From Zancudomyces culisetae HAW-14-8 (Eukaryota > Fungi > Kickxellomycota), in the NCBI GenBank assembly GCA_052426225.1, contig JBNJNM010000011.1:186001-250000 (forward strand): a stretch of 64,000 bases of DNA, written 5' to 3'. This document shows positions 1 through 13,000 of the stretch, piece by piece; position 1 is the stretch's first letter; every line of letters starts with the position of its first letter. The position numbers and the translations under genes are program-made. Below the pieces are notes generated by a model. It had not been told where the DNA came from and did no database searches. It was given only the letters and a program-made list of their open reading frames with translations.

Positions 1-906
1 CCCAACAACGCTTCCAATGTGTTGGCCTAAAGCGCATTTTCTGTGTATGTTAGCTCTACGTCTAGTGAAAATCTGCACGAGTCAAAGTAATATTCGCCTG
101 TAGGCTGAGGGGACCTAGGCCGCAATTGGTCTCTCACCGGTTGTGCTATCTTGGGTCACTATCAAGATGAATCCTAAACAAATAGTTATAGTGCAAAAAG
201 CGAAAGATAAAGCACAAAAGACACAATTATTGAATAAAATAAAATACAAGAAAATTTAAGAGAGGTTAAACACAAGTGATGGAACACATTCCGATAGACT
301 TGCATCTCTAAAAGAGAAAAGCAAAGTCCTGTTTACTCAGGTACGCTCTAGTCCCACTTTTTCCCTTTTACGAAGACGTTTAATGTGACGAAGTTTGGAG
401 CTGGTTCAATATACGCTTCTTTCTTTATTCTACAAGCAAAATTTTCTTGTAAAGTAAAAGTATAATTTTGATGTATACCTGACAAGCAGATCAAAGTGAA
501 ATGATTTGCGTTCCAAAAAAGGATTTTTTTGAGGCTGAAGAAATCAATAGATTGCCATCAAGAAAAATGAATGAGAAAGGTCACTAGGGTTTTATTAGCA
601 AAAAGAACTGTATTTCCATGTGAATGTTTTTAGTTACTTTGTCCATATTGCTTTGGCTAGCCAACAGAGTTTTAGAAAAATATTTATTCTCGAGTCTGAG
701 TACATAGGGAAACATGATAAATCGCATTTATTTCTGAATGAGATTGTCAAAAGAAGAGAAGATGATATAACATGTACTGATGTGGATGATTTCCAAAAAG
801 GAATATAACCCAGCTGGCATTCATCGCGCCGAAAGTGGAAATTTTACTCTTTCTAGAGCCTTTTTAGGTTATGTGTGTGAGTCAAGTAACTACAGGGTGG
901 ATATCA

Positions 907-924
907 TGTGTGTGTGTGTGTGTG
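907..924. repeat. (TG)n dinucleotide microsatellite
   Basis: Run of tg repeats seen directly. Confidence 0.9.
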
Positions 925-2425
925 CGTAGATATTTATTCTGTACCTAATTCCATATAGAAACTCGTAATCAATCTCGTATTGTGAAACTCGATATTTTTT
1001 ATGCGAGGTTTAATGGAGTTAAAAGGCATATTGAAAGCTGTAAATAAATATATATTCATGTATTACTAAATATTGATAGGTGGAGCAACTATAATAGCTT
1101 TTTTTCTAATGATTTATGAGCTATCCTAGTCAATATAGAAGAGTCTTTCAATTAGCCCCTCTGCTGTTCATTTCAAAGTACAAATAGATACAAAGAGCCC
1201 ATCATTGTTTTACTGTTGTTCTGAGAACAACCAGTGTTTTTCTACTCAACTTTGCAGCACTATACTGGGAATTACGAATGGTACTAACAGTCTAGAACTT
1301 TGAAAATTTAAATCACATAGGAGTCAAATTAGACAGGAACATATTTAATCCAGCAGCTTCAATAAAGTTGTTTCTGAGTGCTATTTTGAAACGCCTTGAT
1401 TACACGTGTGTTACCTATTTTCATAATCCTGCCGGCCACAAGTATTACATCACCTTCAAAATTTTACCATCATTTAAGACCACCGTCTACGGCTTTGACT
1501 ATTTTTCACGCCAATTGCATATGGAACTATAGCATACAGGTAAAGAAGACACGTAATTTTTCTTGAGATTCAAACGCATCAAATACTGTACTAGATGACT
1601 AACACAACCAGATGATGGGGCTGTTTCTTCTACCGAAAAGAGAAAGTGTGACGTCCACTTGATACCCAGTCCAGTTTGGTCTATAAGCCTGTGACTACTA
1701 AAGAAAATCATGTGTGAAGGGAAAACACTGTTTGTGCGTAAAACAATATTTTTTACTTGGAAAAAAGCAAAAGTCAGATAACCAAGTGTAAGCTAGCTAC
1801 ACCGAGGGGAATGGTACCAGTGTGGTACTTAATATATCAAAAGGGAGCAGGGAATGGTGAAAAGGATGGAAACCAAACAAGATATTTTTTTCATAAAGCA
1901 CAATTTAGTATAATTGATTTGTTTTAATTAGCAGCGCGGACAAAGTGCATGTACTAATATAGGCAAATTCTATTAATTACCGCGTTCTAGTAGCACATTG
2001 ATTTTTCTATGGATTTTACTTTATTTTTCCATCTGTTTTCTCCACTAGGTTAAGTAAAATAAGCTAAATAAAAGGTCACGTTTTATTACTGGATATTAAA
2101 ATTCAAGAATGCCATTTTTGAATTAGCATTTTATGTCAATTTTAATTTGTATAAACTGGGAAAAAGCTGCACTGTCTCTAAATTTGGTTAAAAGCCGCTC
2201 AGTAGTTTCTCAGCTAGGAAGGAAAAGCAAAGTTATGATCCAAAAAGAAAAAACAATATAAACAAAAAAGGAGCGAGCCAGCTTCAGTAAAACTTTGTCA
2301 AATATTTTTCAACGCAAAAAGTGATACTACCTCTGGAAGAGTTATGAACAAATAGTGGAATTTCACCTAAACGAATTTAACGCAAGAGAATAAATTACAA
2401 CTCAATTCACAAAAAAACTGGAAAA

Positions 2426-3228
2426 ATGGGGTATTGTTGCAGTAAGGTACAAAATAGCGTAGTCTCGACAGAGGAGGAGGTGTTGCTAGCACAACCAGAG
2501 CAAGAAGTAATCAATGACACCGGATATCAGTACATGTCGATAGATGATTCAAAACCCGAAGGGGAGGAGGAACGCTTTCAGCGGATAATAGACGAGACCA
2601 CAAACAGCCTGATTAACATCAGAAATGAGAATTTTATGTTTGACACTTCAATGCCAATAAAAGAAGTCAGTACGAGCTACAAGAAGATGCTGGAGGAGTT
2701 CGATAAACAAACGGACATGTCTGAATATTTTCCAAAAGAAAGGGTGGTAAAGTATAATGCAGATGGAGGTGCAAATGATTTTGATATAGTGAAAGTTTTG
2801 TTGGCTAAAGTCAACGAGGATGATATCAAACTTGTAAGTATTTGTCAGTATATTTGAAACATAATGGTCATGGGGATTTGTTTGTGTCCAAACTGCTGTT
2901 GTAGCGCAAATATTCGAGTAATTTCTCATCTCTAACAATTACCTGGAAATAGATTAACGAGGCGTCAAAGAATATCGCCGATATATTAGATAACTATAAG
3001 CTAGAGTACAGTGGCGAATTTTTTGTCCCCCTTGGAATGGAAAGGCACGAGCTAGAGGAATATGAAAACATAAGGAAGGAAAGTTTGGGGTGGGAAAATC
3101 TGGGTATACACGAACAGCAAGGCTACACAGGAAGAAACGGCGAGAGATACGAAGAAGAAGGACGAGGGGTTTTGGATGTAGACTATGAGGATGAGGAGGG
3201 CTATACAAAAGATAGATATCTAGCATAG
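2426..3228 (+). CDS. Ragulator/EGO complex anchor subunit (LAMTOR1/Ego1/Meh1-like); exons 2426-2833 and 2953-3228, about 227 aa
   Basis: N-terminal MGYCCSK (myristoylation plus palmitoylation), acidic dileucine EEEVLL, LAMTOR-like helix ERFQRIIDETTNSLINI. Intron GTAAGT(2834)..CTAAC..TAG(2952) is phase 0 and joins the 143-aa ORF in frame to INEASKNIADILDNYKLEYSGEFFVPL and the 3037-3228 ORF. Confidence 0.75.
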
Positions 3229-4218
3229 CCTTGACTTTACGTACGATGCTGTGGAGGTATTCACGCACGCATGTGGTATTTCTAAATTTATTTGGAGGGA
3301 TGAGGAAAACAAGAGATTAATAGACAACTCATCCGTAATATTTGTAACGCCATTTTTCTATCAAAAAAAGGAATGTTCATACGTTTTCGGTTGGTAGAAA
3401 AGTTTTGAAAACTGATATTTTACGCGCATGTTATTACAGTACTATTTCACACAAACGGGACATTGCCATATATGTCAAAATTATTACGCTTTTTTCTTAG
3501 TATTTTATCTAGCACATTTAAAAGTGGTTTAAGCTTTTTGTATTTTTTGTTGTACATTGTTTAGATTAATGTACGTTATAACTATTGGCTCAGGTGATAT
3601 ATCTACATGAGTTCAAAGGTACATATAAGGTGGTTTTTTTTCTGGACGCGAGCTTGCGTGTCTCACCTTTGTATACCACCTCGGATAGAACTATACCCGT
3701 TTTTCATTTTTTTCAAAATTCTGTTTTTCTTTGTTAGAGGTTGCTACTCCATACTTTTACCAAAGAACAAAGGGCAAATGTCCAAGCCCAATTTGAATTT
3801 TTTTTTTCTGGTGAAGAACTTGAGAGCAAAAATAGAAAATAATGAAAAAAAGGAAGGTCAACTTATGTTGAGTAGCCCACCTTTGCTTCATGTTATTTTA
3901 TTTTTATTCTTCTCTATAAATGTTGTGCTCAGATAATTGCTAGCATTACAGCGCTGTGTTTTGCTGAATGAACAAATAAAACAGGTGTAACATTCTCGTC
4001 TTCCGCTCTATCTGATTAGCTCTCCAGACATGGTTAAAACCCTTTACCACCCCTGTGCGGATATACATGTCCTTTCTTGTAGCAGAAAAAAAAAGAAAAC
4101 AAATCCAATTGTATATATGGGGCAAACTAGACATTTATAGTTGGTTTCTGAGTGTCATCAAATCAAAGCCAATATCAATAACACGCCGTCAACGTAAAGG
4201 TTGTCAATTTTGTATATA

Positions 4219-4248
4219 TTGGAATACTTGGAATACTTGGAATACTTG
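4219..4248. repeat. Tandem 9-mer (ttggaatac) x3
   Basis: Seen directly. Confidence 0.85.
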
Positions 4249-4547
4249 AATAACATTTTGCAAGGTCAAAGAAAAAACCTGTCAAAAATGTGACAACTTT
4301 TGTGTCAAGCGAATAAATAAGCATATATAAGAGGACGGCTTAAGCGAAATGTCGCTAACAGTTGTTCCGAATCTTTTTCAGCTTTGCTTTTTTCGCAGTT
4401 AACATAACAGCCTCGAAACACTGCATCAAGATACGGGTTAGAGATAGATACTCTTCGTTTTTTTCACTAAAAATAATCATTGTAATCGGTATTTTCTCAG
4501 ATATAGGATACTGTGTGTTGCCATACTAGATAGTCAGTACAAAAAAT

Positions 4548-5459
4548 ATGAAAGGGCCCAGGTAAGTTTGGTGATGGTTGGCATAAGGAGACTGTACATT
4601 TTCCTAATTTTATCAAGTTTTCTTTGACAATAAAGAGGAGGATCAAAACCGATATAAAGCTAAAAGTTGTTACCAAAATAGTAGTTTTGGAATAGAAAAA
4701 AATGAGGTCTACTGGAGAAAAAAGACATGTGAAGCAAAGGAGTTGGCGCTGGAGCTCTATACTGAACTGGAACATATGCGGATAAAAATAGAGGACGTCG
4801 AGAGGCTCCACAAAGAGAAAATTGCAAACCTAAGTAGGGAGCTTAAAAACGTGAGCCAGGAAAATGTCAAGCTGAGAGCATTGGCTGATCGATTACAGGT
4901 CCGAGCATTTATTTTTTTTAACGGGTTGAGTCATTTTAAAGAAACACATTATATATAATAACTAGAAAACAGTGCTAGACCATATTTGCCCCCATGTGGT
5001 GTTGATGGTAATGGCAGTATACACAAGTGTTTCTATTAACAATGTGTATTTTGAGATGTATAGAATATGAGCGAAGTAAGAAAGACCAATGAAGAGCTGA
5101 AGACGCTGAGTATAGATCTAGTACAAAAACAAGGTAAATGATGTCTATAAACTGTTAAAAGAAACACTCCCTTAAGACAATATAAAAGGTGAATAGCGAA
5201 TAATAAACGATAAACGCCTGTTTTAGTGAGAGGTCGAGAAAAGGACTTTGCAGAAAAGGAAATAGTAGGCGATATAGCAGCTTTGACCGGGAAAAGTAAG
5301 CATATAAAAAGCAAAAAGACAGTCGTAGAAGGAGAAATGAGAGTCCAACACTTTTTAGAGCCGGCTGAAAGTCGAGAGTTAAAGATTGGTGCGATCCAGA
5401 ATGTTCTGGATTGTATTTCGCGGATTGAAAAAAGGTTAGAACACAGCGAGATTTTATGA
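4548..5459 (+). CDS. Coiled-coil protein, weakly NudE/NDE1-like; exons about 4548-4561, 4682-4898, 5064-5133, 5227-5459
   Basis: Three GT..AG introns keep the frame and join ORFs 4743 and 5226. N-terminal EVYWRKK plus heptad coiled coil and a C-terminal helix IQNVLDCISRIEKRL resemble NudE family termini; family call is tentative. Confidence 0.55.
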
Positions 5460-5543
5460 GGTACAAAGTACAACCAAAGCAAGACAAAAGAATCAATGAC
5501 CAATACTGTCCACGTAGTATTTACGTATATACATAATCCATGT

Positions 5544-6784
5544 TTACAAATCGTTTTCATTTGTATTTTCGGTAGTATTCTTCTTTCCTCTTGTTCTTTT
5601 CCTTGTTCTCTTTTTAGGAAGTTTCCCACTCTCAACCGAACCTTGTTTTTCGGGATGTTGAGTGATATCTACACCAGAACCACCGACAGTGCTGGGCTTG
5701 TTACTACCACCATTATCGGTGCTCTTTTGAGGATTAGTCTTTTTCTTTTTGATGGATAGCGGATTGGGTTCTTTTGAGCGTTTAATTTTTGGTTTTTTTA
5801 GGGCGTTCTTATTTTTGCTCTTATTATTACGACTTGAAGATCCGTCATTTGATCCTTCAGATTCTGCTTTACGTTTTAATCGATTTAGTTCTTGTTTGTC
5901 GCCTTGTGTCTTTTTAAATTCGATCTATTGGTATAGAAGATGGTAGGGGCGTGGTCATTATAAGGTTCATGATTAAATGTTTTGATAGTATTTGGTGTTG
6001 TAAAGCAAGTAGTGTTAATGATATAAAAAAAAAGTAAATTCACCTCTTTATATTTTGCTAGAGTTCGGTGTGAAGGTGGTTCAAGGACCATCACACTTTT
6101 TTTGACATGTAGCAGAGGAATTCCAGGAATGTTTCGCAAAAAGTAGCGCAGGTCGTTACTGTCTGCCGCCACACAATAGTTTAGATTTTCATTTCCCTGA
6201 GCTAATAGTTATGATATTTCATTTTAGTACAGGATTTAGTGTGAAATTAAAAGTATCATACTAGCATTAAGCAATTCAGGAAACCAACCTAGTATTTCTT
6301 TGATACATTCGATTCCTTCGATAGGTTCCCGATGTTTGCATCTTCTTTTTTCAAATTTTCTGGCCATTACAAACGCGCCGATATCCTCTTCTTTTTTCTT
6401 CAATTCTTGCAGACTGCAGTTTGTTATTACTATTTGTTCAATACGAAACAGTTGCTTTCTTTTTTTAAAACATGTTTTTTAACAACTTTATTGACAAAAG
6501 TTAGCAGCAACACACTTACATAATTTCATAGTTCCAATAATTTCGGTAAGCTGGGTCTTTAGATCCAATTTAGACTTTAGGCAGGAAAGAATGAAATCAC
6601 TATGAACTAGATACGATAGATAAAAATGTTTATATATAAATTGCATGAATCGAATATATACATACAACTCTGTAAAAGAAAAAAAGCAAAACTAACCTAG
6701 GATCTGGAAGGGTTCTCTGAATCCAAATCCGAATTTGTAGATCGTCATGCATCTTCTGTACTGTTTTGCTCGTTTAACTCTCAT
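5544..6784 (-). CDS. UTP23: rRNA-processing protein UTP23 (PIN domain, Zn finger, basic tail), multi-exon
   Basis: Starts MRVKRAKQYRRCMTIYKFGFGFREPFQIL (exon 6697-6784); contains FEKRRCKH..EC, LRNIPGIPL, VLEPPS and C-terminal PNPLSIKKKK; stop at 5544-5546. Confidence 0.92.
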
Positions 6785-7376
6785 TTTTGTGAATAAACGG
6801 GTGTGGAATATGTTTGAGAGAGTATTTCTTTTTCAAAAAACAATAAACAATGGGTAATATATTAAATCGTTAAATCAATAAATTGAAATCAAGCCACTAA
6901 AAATTTTCGAACTTTTTTTTTTTTCTTTTTTTCAATTTCTTTTTTTTTTACTCTCCAAGGTTGTTTTCTACAAGATTTGGATTGACGGAAAAAAAAAGCA
7001 AAAAAAAAAAATAGAAAGTAAACAAATAGTCAATAATTGTAAAAAACATTAAGCTGGGTTTATGGAAAATTCAAATCTAATAAGCTTGGATTTGAACAAT
7101 ATATAAAGATAGCCGAGTAGGACAAAAAACAAGAGATAGTATCACCAAGTGAACACTAATTCATAAATACAAGAACCAAGGTGCATTCTGCTGAAAACTT
7201 GATGAATATTCCATAATCTGGTATTTTTTCTCACTAGTTCAAAGATATTAATATAAGCGCACTCTTTTCCCGCTTTCCAACACCCCCCCCCCCCCCCACC
7301 CCACACACACAAAAATAAGAGAGAGGAGCGAGGATAAAAAACTAAATACAGATAGTAGAGGTAAAAGAGTATCAGA

Positions 7377-9985
7377 ATGGATATAGACGACATATTTAAG
7401 GTAAGATGCATATTTATTCTATTGTAATATCCAAGTAAAAAAATACACAGCATAATGTATAAAAAAATACTTTTTTTAACATAGGGTAAGAAAATAAGCA
7501 AAGACCCCAGAGTTATAGAAGTGCAGGATTCAGAGACACATAAGGTAACAGATGGCGGCACCAAACGCGTGAAAACAAGCCAGGAGTACAATGCTGATCG
7601 CGGAAAGAGGTTCAGGGAGGAGGAACAAGGAGGAAGCCGAGAAGAAGAGGAGGGAGAGGAGGAGGGTAGATTTTTTAGTGATGGATTGAGTAGAAAGGAA
7701 AAGTTGGTACTGGATTGGGTTGACATGGTTCAGGTAAATAGGCTAGATAAGAAATAAATCTATATAAATAATCGGTGTATTATCTTTGTACAAAAGAGTT
7801 TTTTGCTAGCAAGAAATTACAGCGTCGTTAACATGGAGTTATTATAAAATAGAACGAGGAGGTGGTAGATGAAGAAAATAAAAGACAACAAGAGTCAAAA
7901 GCACAAGGAGTGGGTCAACTTGATTCCAATCTTGCCAGTGGTTCAAGTATTATTAAAGGGTTACAGAGGCGGCTGGAGCGGGTAATAACGAAAAACCGGG
8001 AGTTGCGGATCGAATATGGTGACCAACCACTCAAGTATATTGAATCAGAAACTGAGTTGGATGCAGTTCTGATGGAAATTGTGTGTTTGGAGGTTAACGA
8101 AAAGTATCAAGAATTGATATTATCAGCTGCGGGGGGAAATAGCGGCAATAGTAAAAGCAGAGACGAAGATAGTGGTGGAATGTTGCAACTTTTGGTGGGG
8201 TTGTTTATGGAGCACGAAAATAACGATATATTAATAGATGTGTTGGAAATAATTAAAGAATGGACTACTATTTCGACACCAGCACTAGACGAGGAGGATG
8301 AAAGTGATGCTGATGAGGGTGAAGGTGAAGGTGGAGGTGGAGGTGGTAATAGGAGTGGAGAGAAGGAGGAGCGAGAAAAAGAAATAGGAATAGCAAAACA
8401 GATAATTTCAGTGATCAAAGAACATGGATTTTTCAAGGCTGTATTTCATGTACTAGAGAGCGACCGGTTCAGCAAGTCACTGGCTTTGGCAAGTACGTTA
8501 GACCAAAACCAAGACCAAGACGGAGACGAGAATATTGATGATATAAGCATGGCAAACGATCGACAGGGACTTGAAAGTATAATGACTATAATAGAAAACA
8601 TAGTCAACATATATTCGACCAATAAAGACAAAGATGTGAGAGATATGCAGGATGTTTTATCACAAAGTGGAATTTATGAGTGGATAACAAGACAGCTAGG
8701 CACTAGTAGCAACGCAAGTAAAGAGAAAAGTAAAAGAAAGGGAAAAGATAAAGGCAAGAAATTTGGTAATGTTTCAGAGCTCAAGCAAATGGCAATTGAA
8801 ATGTTATCTATGTTGATAACCACGAGTATTGGTATGGCCAATGGTACACAAAGCGAACATACTGAATCCAATAGTGCAGCACTGGGAGTGGTTAACCAGG
8901 ACAACGAAGTGCAACTCATGGAATTATTGTTGGTTGAGTACAATGATGCACGCAAGTCTTTGTTTTCGAAAAGCAGATTTCAACCAAAGGCAAAGAATAG
9001 GGTTAATGCTGGTGGTATTAGCAGTCGTATTAATGCAGGGTCTGGTGCTGATGAAGGGTTAGAGTTGGAAAGGGAAAGGGAAAGAGAGATGGAAGAATAT
9101 TATAAAAATGTCTGCGACTGTATTGATGGTATTCTTCTTATGGGCTATAAAAAGGGATTTTTAGCTAATGAGGGTCTGGAATTGATGACGCTAACCATTA
9201 CCAACAACCTAAAGTATCTTGAAGCTATTGATGCTAGTGTAAAAGAGAACCAGAACCAGAACCAAAATTCCAAGATTGATACTGGTATTGATATTGACAT
9301 TGACATTGGAATTGTCACTAGACAATTGGTAACCATCAGTTATTGCCTCGAACAACCCATACAAACGAACCAAAAACACATTGAGAGCAATGTAGAAACT
9401 GAATTGGCCCACCGGTTTATCCAGTCTGGTGGTCTAGATATCCTAACTCATAGACAACTATTGTTTGTGACATCATCTAGCTTTTATGCATCTACATCTA
9501 AAAAATCAAAAAAGCTAAAACAAAAAAAACTGGCAATAATTAATCCACTCATTTCCATTCTCTTCAATACACTCAGACTTACACTTCCCTCAAATCCTGA
9601 CCGCTTCAAAATCCTCGCAAAGTTTCTGCTTCCAAACTCGTCAGATGACAACAGTCCTACTTTTAAAATGTATAAATCTCGACTTGACAGACTCATTTCA
9701 TTCCACCCCTTCCTTGTTTCTTCTTCGTCTTCTTCCGTTGGTGACCCAGACCACTTATCCCTCTACAAACTCGATTCAGTCCTGGCTCTTCTATATCATA
9801 ACTCTGCTGCCTCAAACAAAACACGCTCTCACATCTCCTCCACACTCTCCTCACGCTATGACATCGATTTGGTCGCTGGTATCTTCAAAAACGTACTCGA
9901 ATATCTCCATCTCTTGCAACTAGAGGGGGTCTTTAAGGTTTCCAATTCTTTCTACGCTGAGCTTTTAAATTCTACCATTCCATGA
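7377..9985 (+). CDS. CTNNBL1: Beta-catenin-like protein 1 (spliceosomal PRP19-associated ARM protein); exons 7377-7400, 7485-7733, 7853-9985
   Basis: MDIDDIFK start, EEEGRFF, KNRELRIEYGDQPLKYIESETELD (cf. KNQELRIKFPDNPEKFMESELDL), HENNDI, FLANEGLELM; two phase-0 GT-AG introns keep the frame. Confidence 0.88.
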
Positions 9986-10063
9986 TATATATTCATACAC
10001 TACTACATTTTATTAGCTACTTTATAATATATTAAACTGTAAATATAATAAAATCATATACAT

Positions 10064-13000
10064 CTAACCAAAAAACTTCTGGTCAATGCCCAATAAACAC
10101 GCCTTGGCATCACAAAAACTAGCTACATTCTCTCGCACACAGTTTCTGCTCTGCATGAACACCCTTTCCAGCGATGAATTGATGTTTTTACCCTCAATTA
10201 CCAAAATCGCCGCATTCACTGCCTCTGCCAGGCTCTCCAACGTATCCTGATTGTCACAACTATGGCTATGACTATGGCTATTACGATGGCTATGGTTGCT
10301 ACTACAGCTGGATGCTCGACGGTCCTTTGCTCTCAACTTATTAAGTCTGATAGCAGCTCTGGACTTGGGTTTCGCTCTAGGTCTCAGCGCTTTATCCTTT
10401 AGCCTCCCATCAACACTTCCAACACTTCCAGCACTTCCAACGCTTCCAACGCTTTCAATGCTTCCAACACTTCCCCTATCGTTGAACATTCGTTTTGTTT
10501 CGCGTTGTAGATGCGGGTTTTTATACGCCAACAATGAAAACGTCTCATTTAGCGTCTCTATGATGTTCTTATTCGAAAACTGCCCATCACCAACAAGATC
10601 CAAAGTATTGGAAGTGGATCCCGTGGCTGTAGAGTACCTGTTGTTGTGGTGATAGTTATAGTAGTACTCGTGTAGTATCTTACCATAGCTAAAAATATGC
10701 TGGGCTGCCTGCTTGTTGGTCAGCTGGTGTAAATCGCCAACATGATATTTGGGGAAATCATCCGTAACTATTACGTAATTAAACTCATGGCTGGTTGCTG
10801 AAGCAACACCCACGCCCACTCCGTTAGTTCCAATACTGTTGTTGCTTATGCTGCTTTTTTTCTTGGGGCTGCTGCTATTTTCAACACAGGCGGCACCACT
10901 ATTGTTGGTAGCTGCACTATTCCCATTTCCGCAATAATATGGATAGCTTGCTGTAAGTGGCGGCTCGTCATCCACATCCATAACATCGTTGCTTGAACTA
11001 ACAAAGTTTACATCAGCCATAAGATCTACCAGCGTAGTGCCATTTCCCTCTCCACCCTCTCCTTCATTATATACTACCTTAACCAGCTCAACGAACCCTT
11101 GACATCGCATCTTGAATATCAACTCCGGATTCATGCATATAAGATTTGGATAAAAGCTGCGGATTTGGTCCAGCGCCAAGAAAACCTGCCCAGCCTTGAT
11201 CAGTTGGCATATCCGCTTCCGCTGCTCGACATAAGGCTCTCGTAGCATCTTTGCTGCCCTGGAATCCCCATGCTCATTGTGAGTTTGGTTTTGCCGCAAT
11301 GTCACACTGTTTTCCACAAAGGCATCAGCAGTCGCTCCATATCCATGGTGAACGAGATACGCCAGCACCAGCTCCTCAATAATTTGCTTTTCATCTACTT
11401 TTTTGCTGGAGTCTTCCACGTTTGCTAAGTACGGCTTAATATTGGTGGCTTTGACTTCGCTCCAGAGTTCTTGTCGCTGCTTCGACACGTAGCTTTCAAT
11501 ATCAAACTGAAACTTCTTTTGTCCAAAATTGGCATCAATCTTCTCCCCCACAGTTCGCATACCAATACATCCATAAATCGCACCCTTAAAATCCAACTTG
11601 CTAAACGCAGTACCCAAGTATACTCCATTCTTAGTGAAAAACCCTTCTTTGGTCATAAAATTAATACCACAACCTATAACATCATCTGTACCATATGTCG
11701 GCCCATAGCTTTTGCCATGTCCATTGCATAAGAACGAATTTCCGTCATCGCCATGATATCCCCATGAATTCGGATCCCAGCCCGGCAGTCTGCCCAATGG
11801 CACATCACGTCCACAGAATCCCACTCCAATATACCCCTCCTGCCCCTGACTAATTACCCGAACTTCAAAATAGAAAATACCTGCCTCTTTGGGAATTGCA
11901 TAATTTGTGCGTACCATTCCTGCGTCTGCATCATCTTTGCCTTTTCCCACATAATCCACCTGTAAACCTCGCTTGCCACTTATTACCTTGACCGTGCTGT
12001 GACTGTCCTTTCTGTTCCATCGATTCGGAAACTTCATTTGATGCACAATCTTTTTTTCCCCATCTCTTATCTGGGTCTCTTGCCTATCTAAAGAGTGCCA
12101 TTTCTGCCCAAATGCAGTCTCTTTTAGGTACTCAGGAAGCTCAAATGATTTTACTTGCTTGGCTTTCATTTTTCCTCCCCGCGTTTTCCCTCCCCCTTCA
12201 CTTTCCCCTATATCGTGTAGGATCTGTGAGTCCACATTTACATCCACATCCATATCTCCCTCCCCTATCTGTTCTTCTTCTTCCTCTTCTACCTCTTCTT
12301 CGAGCTCCTCGTCTTCTTCGTCCTCGTCACTATACATACTATCTTCATCCGAGCTATTCAGTACTTCCTCCCCAACATCTTCCTCTTCAGAACTGTTGAG
12401 CTCTAAACTTTCTTCCGACTCCTCCTCGCTATCATCCTGTTCGTCACTTTCATCATCACTTTCGTCCTCTTCTTCTTCTTCTTCCTCCTCCTCCTCTCCA
12501 CCTGCTATATCTAGATGGTCTGATGTAAAACCACCCAACCCAATATCAACCACAGTATCCCTTCCTCCCCCACTTCCTGTTATCCCGCGCCCTCTTATCG
12601 ACCCGGTTCCGCCCCCACTCCCACTACCTCCCAATGCTAGCCCCAAGTTCAGTCCCCTATTAAGCATCAACTCTGCTGCTCCTGTACCCCCGAACCGTAC
12701 CCCTCCTCTTGTAAACGTCCAATCTCCCAAGTTTCCCACTCGGATCCGTGTTCCAGTTCTTGTCCCTGCTCTTGTTCCTGCTTCCAATTCTATTCCTTCT
12801 TCTGCCTCTTGTCCAACCCCTTGTTGTCTCGTTCTCCCTCTAGCTTGCTCTCTTTCGCTGTTACCGCTATTGATATCGCCACTAGCTTCAGCACCACTAC
12901 TACCGGCTCGTGCTACCCCCATCTCTAAACCTCTCCCTCTTACCATATTACTACCTCCCCTTGCCACACCCAAGGTTTGTGATATGTCTCCCTCTTCACC

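Noticed and set aside
1-180. Relatively GC-rich segment with a hairpin and a minus-strand ATG at 37 (MRFRPTHWKRCW..)
   Set aside because: May be the leader and start of a gene leaving the window, but it is too short to support; no RNase P/MRP, snRNA, riboswitch or antizyme motifs confirmed.
5036-5946. Several overlapping 65-199 aa ORFs
   Set aside because: Alternative-frame or antisense shadows of the last UTP23 exon and the coiled-coil gene.
7142-7726. 194-aa minus-strand ORF
   Set aside because: Antisense to CTNNBL1 exons 1-2 and runs through a C homopolymer; no recognisable protein.
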